Under the pieces are notes generated by a model that made no database searches, had not been told where the DNA came from, and saw only the letters and a list, made by a program, of their open reading frames with translations. A stretch of 31,510 nucleotides of DNA from Utricularia gibba (lineage: Eukaryota > Plantae > Magnoliophyta), in contig NEEC01000210.1 of NCBI GenBank assembly GCA_002189035.1, forward strand, positions 1 to 31,510, written 5' to 3'. The number at the start of each line of letters is the position of its first letter. The first letter of the stretch is position 1. Made by a program: the position numbers and the translations under genes. Of the stretch, positions 22,232 to 31,510 are shown one piece after another.

Positions 22232-25200
22232 TCAGGGGGCTGCTCCGGGGGTGCAATGCTGTGCCCCGGTGCTCAGATTGGTGAGCAGTGACTCGAGGTG
22301 CTTTGGTGACTTTGGAACTGAAGCAGTGAGCACCTAGAGTGGGAGGGAAAACTGCCTCATGGGTAGGAAGTTCAGAAGGTTTTGAGTAACGAAAGGAAGA
22401 AATGTACCTCGTATCCGGATTCAGTGATCAGAACTTCATCTTCTATCCTTATTCCTAGGCCTCGATACCTGCATTTCATTTCAGTACTTGGTCCATCATG
22501 CTTAGAAGCTAGTTACTTCTTAGCATGAAGAAAGCGTGGAGAAGAAAAGACAGAGAATCACGTTGTTTGGGGACTGACTGACTCACTGTGCTACCAAGGA
22601 GTTAGAAGTACCTTTCTGGAACATCATAATTTAGAGGGATGTAGACGCCTGGTTCGATGGTTAATACCTGCTCACGAAATACAGCATATGAAGAAACTAG
22701 GGAGGAATGCAGTGGATTCATGAGAGCCCTTGCATAGTGAGGAAATACACTTACCACACCGGGCCTGAGAGGGCGATCATAGCCAATCTTTGAACAGTCA
22801 TGAACATCCATTCCAAGAAAGTGACCTGAACTACGAGATTCAGTACAGGAGTCTGATCAACCAAGCAGAATGTGTGAAAAAAGATAAAAGATTTTAAGTA
22901 ACCTATATTGGTAGGATTAAGCAAATTGTAACTGTGGGGATCGCTTCTTAACAATCCAAGTTCTTTGAATCCCTTCTGTAGCTTCCCAACCTTCCAATGA
23001 TATTATCAAAAGACAACACATAATGATCCAAAAGACCATGAGGGGCAGAGCAAATGCAGCCAAAACACTCCATCAGAGAAAGAATTTTATGGTTCTGAGG
23101 TTACCGAGTAGTTGTGTATTTCTCGGATACTTGTGCCGGGTCTGCAAAGCTTCAAGCATTCTTCGTTGGTTTCCAACACGAGACAATAGAGTTCTTCCTG
23201 AAACATTATTGCAAAATGAAATGGAACGTCTGGGAGGAGCTACTGATTCCACAATGTTATTCATGAGTGCAGAAACAGTATCGTTTATCTTCCATGCTAT
23301 CAGCTACAAATATCAGCCTTTTGTAGAGCATGACATCTCCATACCTGAAGTGATGAAAATCTACCACATGGTGGCCAAGTACGAGTGAGATCGCTAACAT
23401 AACCATGAAGCTCACAGCCAACATCCATTAGAACAAGGTCGCCATCCTGTATCTGTAAAGAAATATAAATAATGACATAATTTCCATTGATAATCTGTAC
23501 TCAGAAGATAACATTTGATTTGAAAACAAAAGGGTGATGCTAGAAAAGACTCAACCCTCTGATCATTCCTTGAATAATGTATGACGCTGCTATTAGGTCC
23601 CCCACCAACTACAGGATTGAAGCTGTGCAAAAAACATCCAATAAAATTCCTACACATAACAATCGACGCCTTGCTGGGCAGCAACATCAAATGTAGTGTA
23701 CATTAAAAGCTTTAGAATGTTCAGCACAAGGCTAAGCTACCCAAAAACTAGATTACTGGTTTTAAAATTATTTAATCAATTTTTTGCTCCATCATTTCGT
23801 ATTGTTTTCTGAAATCAAGAACCCAGTGCATTTGTTGCAGCTGCATTAATATATTTAGAATAAAATTCTCATGAATGGAACACTTACGCCATTCTCTGCA
23901 CACCCCTCATTTTGCATTCATATTCGAACTTAGCTGCCAGGATACCTTCATTAGGAAATGATTTTGAAAGCAACATTGTTTGCAGAAGAGCCTAATTAGC
24001 ACAAAAGATCCAAATTATGCATAGAATGAAGACAAAGAAAAGGCTTGAGAACAAACCTGACAGGCTATAGATGCAGAACTCCTTATCAAATTAAGCTCGG
24101 CTTCTGACTTTATCCATCTTGCTTCGTGACTATACACTGAAAAATCCTTAACATTTCCAGCACTGGCTGCTTTCTGAAATGCCTCCAAGTTCATATAGCT
24201 ATCACATGATGAATTCAAATTATGGAATATTTGAGAGGAGCTTTCTATCATCCTTGATAGTATCTGAAAAAAACGCCATGAAAACTACTCAAGAGTCGAC
24301 ATTCAAGGCTACAGCATATTCGTTGCTTTAAAACCAATAAGAAAGTATGTAGGTAAATCATTTAGTTTTAGCATATTCCAATGACAAAGCGGGATATATT
24401 ATTTCTAGAGAACCAATATTCCAGATGCTGCAACGTCCTAGAAAATCATAAACTCATGTTGAAAAAGGCAGGCACCTTTACCAAAATGGCACATGAAGCT
24501 TAAGATACCCCTGACATGGTTATATGATGTACAAAATGATACCGCTGGTACCGAATTAGCAGTGTAATCTTGCATTGACCTTATTCAGTGACCTTCTTGG
24601 ATATGCTTCGTCAGCCATGAATGTATTTAGAGCAACATCAACACCAGCAACCACACCTTGCCATATAACATCCTGAAAATTTTTTGGAATTTTACCATAT
24701 TACATGTCAAAAGAAATTGATTCTACATTCACTCCTTGAAAAGTGATTTAGCCTTTTGACTAACAACGCTTCAAGAACTTCCTGAAAAATATTTTGCTTA
24801 CATAGGGGCTCGCCTCAGGCATGAACATACATAACCCACAGTGGTGACCTAAAACTGCAATACCACCAGGCTGTTGGCAACCAGTGATGTAGAGGTAGTC
24901 GGCATCTTGACGATAATTATATGGGACAACATCTGTCATCATTTTAACCGGTGCTGATGCAACTATTGCCAAAGCGTTCTCAGGAAGAAGTTCCAACAAC
25001 TTTTTCCTCCTCCATATGTACTCATCACTGCTTAAACCAGGAGTAACCTCCCTTCTTTCAGCAACTAGAATATCAGTAAAACAGGTAGTTCAGGATGAAT
25101 TAAGGGACGGAAAACCAATGAATAGAGGAAATAATATATTAGATTGTCCATCCAGTAGAGTACATGCGGATGAGTACTAGACGTTGGCTGTCCAACATCA

Positions 25201-25677
25201 CAGGGTCTGCTGCTGGAGAAAGCCTTTTGTCTAAAGAGCTGTTGAAAATTTAATAGTCAGAAGATATATAGACCAAATGCGCCATCATGACAGCATAAAT
25301 GATGCATGCAAGAGCATAAATTTGTTCCAGCAAGAGCGACCTCAATCTAACCAGAAAAAAAATTAAATTTGACGATGCTCCACTGAAAGTCACATGGAAT
25401 CATCACAAAATTCCACAAAAATTGATCATTCAAGTTTACCAGCACTTCCGAAACAATAACTTGCACCAATAATGTAAAGCGAATGTAGCAACAGTATGTA
25501 ATGCACTTCACAAAAATTATAAGACCCATAACAAGAGCTCAGACACGTTTAAAAAACTTTCACAACAAGCCATGGAGAAGGTTTCACATTGAGCATCAGC
25601 AGAAGGAGAAAAAAACAAACCTTGTAACGCAAGCTGGACGAAATCCTCCCGACCCATTTCCCATTAAAATTAAGCAT
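22232..25677 (-). CDS. ICP55: Intermediate cleaving peptidase 55, mitochondrial (M24B Xaa-Pro aminopeptidase family)
   Basis: About 14 exons: MLNFNGKWVGRISSSLRYK (25621-25677), DVGQPTSSTHPH, MMTDVVPYNYRQDADYLYITGC, HEARWIKS, FNPVVGGG, VLMDVGCELHGYVSDLTRTWP, GHFLGMDVHD, LTIEPGVY, GIRIEDEVLIT and last exon VLTASVPK...* (22232-22333). One missing G at ~25050 (KEG-E-VTPG). Confidence 0.93.
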
Positions 25678-25763
25678 ACTCGAGACCCCAACTCCACTTC
25701 TTTTTCCCACCCAAAAATCGACTCTTTCTTCCCTTCAACGAAAAAAAAAAGGATGACCGAACC

Positions 25764-25778
25764 AGGGTTTAGGGTTTT
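25764..25778 (-). promoter_or_regulatory. Telo-box motifs upstream of ICP55
   Basis: AAAACCCTAAACCCT on the minus strand, about 90 nt upstream of the ATG. Confidence 0.55.
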
Positions 25779-27418
25779 TACTTCACCAAGCACACTATCG
25801 AATCTCGTAATAGAAGATTAAGAATCAATAAAGCATTGTTTAATATTCTGATACAACATATTTTTTTATTTATATTTTTAAATTGAACCATTTTTAGCAT
25901 AAGTTAAATTGTATTCAATATAATATAAAAAGATTACTAATAAATAAGAAAATAATTATTAAAATTTTAGGACTATTATAATAATGTTATATGGAACCCA
26001 AAAATCATAAAATAATTTTAAAATATTTAGGCCATATTTATTTAAATATATAATAACATTAAAGCGAAGATTAATTTTCAAGCATTCACATAATACTATA
26101 CATTTAGATGCCTATGAAATACACGTATTTTTAGATTATTTTTTTAAATTTCCATAATAATTATTAATGTTATCTAAAAACATTTTTGAAAATAGAGACT
26201 ATTTTTTTTAGTAATTGTTAAAATAATTGAAAAATATATTATTTTTTAAAACTTTAATAACAATTTTTAAGAATATATAAGATCATTTAAAAACGAAATC
26301 GATAATTCATCAATTTTTGAATCATAGATTACACATAGATCAAAACCGTAATTTTCTGATTTCAAATATCTCAAACCAACTCGAAACCGTACAATTTCGA
26401 TTTTAGAATTGGAATCATACGGATACTCACATCCCTGCAATTTATACATACATGCATGTATGCGACTTATCATACAAAAATGCATAGAATAAGAAAAGGA
26501 ATAATAATTGAGGAGTCGTGGGGAGCCCCAGCGGGCGTTGGGCATCGTGTGTGGGTGCTTCCTCTTCCTCTTCCTCCCTCCCTCGTGGACTGTTTTTGTG
26601 TGTTGGGCGTTTCCGTTGGGATGCATTTCAAGAGGATCCAGATCACGCACCTCCTCTGCTCCGGGACACAACACACGAACAGCAATGAGTTTGCGTCCCC
26701 ATGCCTCCATCCCACATGCACATGCCATGCCCCCATGTGCTCCTGCTGGTTCCCTCCCCATGAACCCAGGCCCCCCCTCAAGACGACGTATGTGCCTTGC
26801 TGCATCACACATTCGCATCTCTTATTTATTAGAGCGTGTAGCTTTCCGAAAATCATTATTATTTTTACGTAAATTAACTCACTTTATGTAAATCAGAAGA
26901 AGTAAGTTTGGCTTTCACAAGAAAATCTCACTTCATGTTTTTTCTATAATTTTCCTATTAGTTTCCGAAAATTGATGAAGTAAATTAAGAAACTTTGTAG
27001 AGTAAACTTAATAAAAAAAAATATACATAGTATTTACTGAAATCACTAAAAATGCTGTTATGTACTGCTCTGGTTTCGAAGAGCCAACCCAACTAACCAG
27101 CCATACATAGCTTGGCTACTGGGCCCCATGGGGACTTGGGTGTGGCCCACCAGGCATGCCTTTTCCACATGGCCTCTGCAACAGCGTGCGCTGGTAGTTT
27201 AGTTGTTGTTTTGGGACCCCCCCAATGTGGGGCCCATTCCTGAATTCAGCGCCTTGTTTTATGACATGTTACGCGGTAAGCAAGCATTTTTATTGCAGAT
27301 CGAATTGGATGTCGTTATAACGGTGGCAGCGGTACGGTGAAGCAGAATGCGAAACGGCGTTTAAGATATTTTGGCAGCGGTAATTTGAAATCAACTGAAG
27401 CAGGGGGAGGCGCCGGCA

Positions 27419-27933
27419 TTACGTGGCGGCGTTGATTTGAGCGGTTGCGGCGGCTAGAGATGTCATGGCTTTAACTTGCATTTGCAAAGCGGAAATGTAA
27501 TCGGTGGTTTCTTCTAGAAGGCTGAGAGGCGACGCTTTACGGCAGCCGGGAATCAATCGGCTGAGCACATTAATCCTCCTCTGGAACGGCCTGCACGGAG
27601 GCTGTTTGGTCTACTTACAGCCGCCGTAGGTCTGCCGGCTTTCTTGTGTGTTCTACCGAAACTCCTGCGGCGGCGACGGTTGAGAATCGCTCTGCTCCAG
27701 CGAGTTCTGCCCCTTGCAGAGAGGGCGAGCACGCGGTCCGCAGTGTCGCGTACGTCACGCTGCGTAGATATCGCCTTCGATTCGCCGCGGCGGAGGCGCC
27801 GCAAGGCGTCGATCAGCTTCGACGAATAGATCCGCTGCTCCGCCACCGTCTCCCATCTTCGCAGCGACGAAACCGTCCCCGAAGATTCGATTCCAATTTT
27901 TCGCGAATCCAACGTTGACAACAATTCCGCCAT
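27419..27933 (-). CDS. Atypical non-DNA-binding bHLH (AIF / bHLH147-150 family), intronless
   Basis: MAELLSTLDSRK...RWETVAEQRIYSSKLIDALRR...VRDTADRVLALSARGRTRWSRAIL, then after a 1-nt deletion (~27610) QRRINVLSRLIPGCRKASPLSLLEETTDYISALQMQVKAMTSL...*. 515+1 nt gives 172 codons. Confidence 0.88.
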
Positions 27934-29288
27934 TCCCAACCACGTCCTCAAAAGGCAAAACCTCTCCCCACTCCCCAATCAACCTCCGCCATAAACATAC
28001 AAATCAACCTAAAATCCGGCACCCAAGCACGGCGACGAGACTCACCAGTCGTATGAAAACGGCGGCCTGGCAAGCGGTGCAGAAGAACGACGGTGGGAGG
28101 GGTATATATATATACCCCCCGTCACACACACACACACAAACTGGAGTGAGTTCTGATTGGCCGGGCAGCACACGCGCTTTTCCCCAATATTCCAATTTAA
28201 TACAATTCCTTTTTTCCCCATAATTATCTAATAATAATCCTCAGAAATTCATTTTAAATTATTTCCAATCCATTAAAAAACATTAAAATAAAAAACTAGT
28301 CTGAAATAGAAGAAAAGCAGCTGCAAATATTGACACAGTGAGATCGAAAAGAATAAAGGGGTGGGGGGAGCAATTATAAAGAAGCAAACATGCGTAGTTT
28401 GATGCCTCCTTATCTTGTCCCGTTTACAGAAAACAAAGCATGCATGATTCCATACAAAAATGAAGACCTTGGTGGCCGGCCGGTACACCCTTTGGTCGTG
28501 GACTCGTTCCAACCACACACACCACTACTGCCTTTTCGAATTTCGAAATAATATTTTAGAAATAATTCTATTCTGAAAAAAATATTTATACTTAAAAATA
28601 ACTTAATTCCATAAGCATTTCATTACATTTTTTTTTTGAAAAGTATAACAAAAAAAACTTATGTCGAATATATTGGTTTGTAAATGAGATTAGAGATCTA
28701 CTAATAGTCTCGTATATTAACTATGAACGGAATATAGAATATACGGAGATTTTTCTAATTTGTATGATGTTTTTTTTATAAAATGAGAAATTTAAAATTA
28801 TGAAAATTGGATATTTAAAATGAATAATATATTAAACGTAAAGTGTGGATCGTCACAGTATATATTAAGCAAAGTGTCCATCAACAAAACAGGATAATAT
28901 ATTTATTATTTCGTGAAATGTTGAAAACAGTTTTCTCGTGTAATTTTAGGGAATATGCCTCCTCATGAGACCATTCCAAATTTGCCCTTGACCGGCGTGG
29001 AGTCTGACTCCGAATAGATTCTATGTATTTTCTGGTTTTATTCAACGGTTTGGTATGGTGATGCCTACCGCCGCGCCGACTACGGGGATTCGGGTATGGA
29101 TACAGAAGGGCCTCCGTGGGAATGAAGTACGTGCTAGTGGCGAATGGCGAGATAACGGCTTCCGTTTCAATGGGGAACTCCAACAATGCATGCTCTTCCC
29201 TTCATATGAATCCGCAATTCACGGGTGTCTGCGCGGATTCGGATTTCTGTTCTGGGATTCCGCCGGTTAGGGTTTTTTCTCAACCCCG

Positions 29289-30316
29289 ATGGCGTCAAAT
29301 CAATATTACGCTACCACCAGTTTGGTCATCGGCTATTCTTTGTGTTCCAGTTTGCTTTCGGTGATCAACAAATTCGCCATCTGGAAATTTGACTATCCGG
29401 GCCTCCTCACGGCACTGCAGTACTTGACCTCGGTGGTTGGCGTTTGGGTTCTTGGGAAAGTTGGGTTCCTGCACTACGATGCCTTCAATTTAGACAAAGC
29501 CAAGAAGTTTTTACCTGCTGCCCTTGTTTTTTACTTGGCGATTTACACGAATACAACCTCCTCCGTTATGCTAATGTGGATACCTTCATAGTTTTCAGAT
29601 CATTGACGCCGCTTCTTGTGGCGATTGCGGATACTGTTTTTAGGAAACAGCCCTGGCCCTCCAAACTTACGTTTGCGTCGCTGATCATCATCCTGTTAGG
29701 TGCAGTGGGATATGTCTCCACAGATCAAGGCTTTAGCTTGACAGCTTACTCATGGGCTATTGCCTATCTGGTGGCCATTACAGCAGAGATGGTTTACATC
29801 AAACACATGGTCACCAATCTCGGGCTCAACGCATGGGGATATGTCTTTTACAATAACTTGATATCTCTGATATTGGCACCCTTTTTCTGGGTCATAACAG
29901 GGGAGTATTCGACAGCGTTTCATAATGTTTCATCATCAGAGGGAATCTTTTCGACCCAGTTGCGTTTCTTGCTGTCTTTGTCTTGTGTTTTCGGGCTGCT
30001 TATAAGCTTCTTCGGTTTTGCTACTAGGATGGCGATCTCTGCAACTGCGTTTACAGTTACAGGGGTTGTCAACAAGTTCTTGACTGTAGCCATAAATGTG
30101 ATGATCTGGGATAAGCATGCGTCTGCCTTTGGTCTTTTATGCCTTGTTCTCACTCTGCTAGGCGGGATCCTGTACCAGCAATCTGTTACAGTTTTGAAAG
30201 ATTCACACAGGGATGCAGAAGCAGAGAAAGAGGAAGAAGAAGCTCCTTTCGTTAAACTCCTGGAACAGAAGAATGGCGACTGCAAAGATGACGAGGAAAA
30301 GGGAGTTTCTGCTTAG
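29289..30316 (+). CDS. GFT1: Golgi GDP-fucose transporter (GFT1/GONST4-like), intronless
   Basis: SLVIGYSLCSSLLSVINKFAI, FLPAALVFYLAIYTN(T)NLLRYANVDTFIVFRSLTPLLVAIAD, EMVYIKH, YNNL and ATAFTVTGVVNKFLTV. One -1 frameshift at ~29553 and a compensated pair at ~29938/~29975. Confidence 0.92.
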
Positions 30317-30749
30317 CCAACAACACATTATTACCAATTTATGTGCTCGTTAGCGGTAACATTGATCCTTTTAGAGAGATGATGATGCTTCTTCTTACAA
30401 TTATGTTTCGTTGCTGTGCTAGTTTTATCTGTGCAATAACACAATGAATGGCTACCAAACTGTGCACGTTTCGATCAAGTTTGATATATACAGAAATCTC
30501 GATGGGTCAACCAGCCCGTCGGACCAGCCGATGCAGCGTCAAGCCGGGGGTTCCAACCCTCTCTGGCTGAGGCTAACTAACCATCCTTAAAAACAGGATA
30601 GTTTCAACTTCCGAGTCCCACTTCGCCCCAGTAATCTACCAAACTTTCCTCTTCTTCACCAACTCAAAACCAACTCTAACTTCTGCTTTTAAAATCCCCT
30701 TTTTCTTGTTCGTCTTCTTCATGTTCACCGACTGAAACACAGGAGCGGG

Positions 30750-31247
30750 ATGCTACTTTCAGAGGAAAATGTGGGCAACAAAAGGTTCATATTGGCAAAG
30801 AAGATTGGATCCATCATCTCCATTTCATGGTGGACCAAAAGAAAAGCCAATTGTCAGCAGCAACAACCGATCAAGACTGAAGAAACCCAACGAGGTTTTG
30901 CTGGTAATGCCTCGTTCAAGAGATCTCACATGAGCAGCAGCAGCGGCAGAAGGAAGAAACAGAGAGTGAAACAGAAGCCGTCGATCATGCCGTCTGTTCT
31001 CTACGCTGCTCTCAAGAAGACCACTGGTTTCGGTATCAAGAGATTGGGATTCAAACCGGGTAAATTTCAGGATCACGGAGCCAGCGAAACGATGCTCGAA
31101 TCCAACGAAGGGGACGAAGAGGTGGGAGATGAGCTTTGTAAGAAGAGGATCCTCATGGGTGGAAAATGCAGACCTTTGAATACATCCGGTGTCCTCCATT
31201 ACGATGAAAACGGGATCTTCCTCCCAGAAGACTCTCAATTCTGCTAA
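30750..31247 (+). CDS. Uncharacterised plant protein, 165 aa, with a C-terminal ILMGxKC...SGxxxYD motif
   Basis: Intact ATG-to-stop ORF. The C-terminus ELCKKRILMGGKCRPLNTSGVLHYDENG resembles a motif recalled from plant-specific unknown-function proteins. The N-terminal region is basic and low-complexity. Confidence 0.62.
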   Translation: MLLSEENVGNKRFILAKKIGSIISISWWTKRKANCQQQQPIKTEETQRGFAGNASFKRSHMSSSSGRRKKQRVKQKPSIMPSVLYAALKKTTGFGIKRLGFKPGKFQDHGASETMLESNEGDEEVGDELCKKRILMGGKCRPLNTSGVLHYDENGIFLPEDSQFC

Positions 31248-31510
31248 CCACCATCTTCACCCATTCACTCCAGAGCAACCCTGCCTTGTTTCAGTGCAGT
31301 TTAAAGGTGCGTTTCATACGCGTGCTCTTATGGGTAAAACAGCCTATAAACGCAAATAACACAGTACACAATCTGCATCTCAGATACACGCAGAACAGGC
31401 AAAATAAGCGGCAGCAGTCTGCACAAGTCGCTCCGTTTTCCCAGAACACGGCGAACGTATGAACATTCCAAGGCTATGCTTCTCAGATTTGCAGCAGATG
31501 TGCTGAATCT

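Noticed and set aside
22098-22337. 79-aa plus-strand ORF that looks like a small Cys-containing peptide gene
   Set aside because: It is the antisense shadow of the last ICP55 exon (VLTASVPKSPKHLESLL...*) and its 3' UTR.
25830-26440. AT-rich block as a possible MITE or Helitron remnant
   Set aside because: No terminal inverted repeats, TSD or Helitron TC...CTRR ends could be identified.
26600-26685. Possible miRNA hairpin (CTGTTTTTGTGTGTTG ... CAACACACGAACAG)
   Set aside because: The stem is only ~14 bp with bulges and matches no conserved plant miRNA I can recall. It would need small-RNA data.
28099-28140. Perfect palindrome GGGGTATATATATATACCCC and a (CA)n tract
   Set aside because: Best explained as the TATA region and a microsatellite upstream of the bHLH gene; low-complexity self-complementarity.
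31250-31510. Open minus-strand frames at the window end
   Set aside because: No recognisable motif or splice structure; cannot be distinguished from UTR without the flanking sequence.

Overview
Gene-dense plant (eudicot-like) nuclear DNA with short introns. It holds 12 host protein-coding genes, one tandem pseudogene and one full-length LTR retrotransposon. In order: RPS10 (+) and a decayed tandem copy; a GDSL lipase (-); a five-finger CCCH zinc-finger gene (-); a C2-domain CAR gene (+); a thaumatin-like protein (+); S-adenosylmethionine synthetase (-); a PLS-E+ PPR gene (-) split by a 5.57-kb Ty1/copia element; a DUF538/SVB-like gene (-); ICP55 (-); an atypical AIF-type bHLH (-); GDP-fucose transporter GFT1 (+); and a small conserved unknown-function gene (+). 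The most unusual object is the copia element (14925-20490). Its LTRs are identical except for one homopolymer base. Its primer-binding site matches cytosolic tRNA-Trp rather than initiator tRNA-Met. Its ends read TG...TA rather than TG...CA. Its pol frame runs about 79 codons into the 3' LTR, and it has a long acidic integrase-RT linker. It sits inside the first codons of the PPR ORF, which rejoins in frame when the element and one TSD copy are removed. Many otherwise intact genes carry 1-2 nt deletions, mostly in short base runs, which most likely reflect consensus errors in the assembly rather than pseudogenisation.
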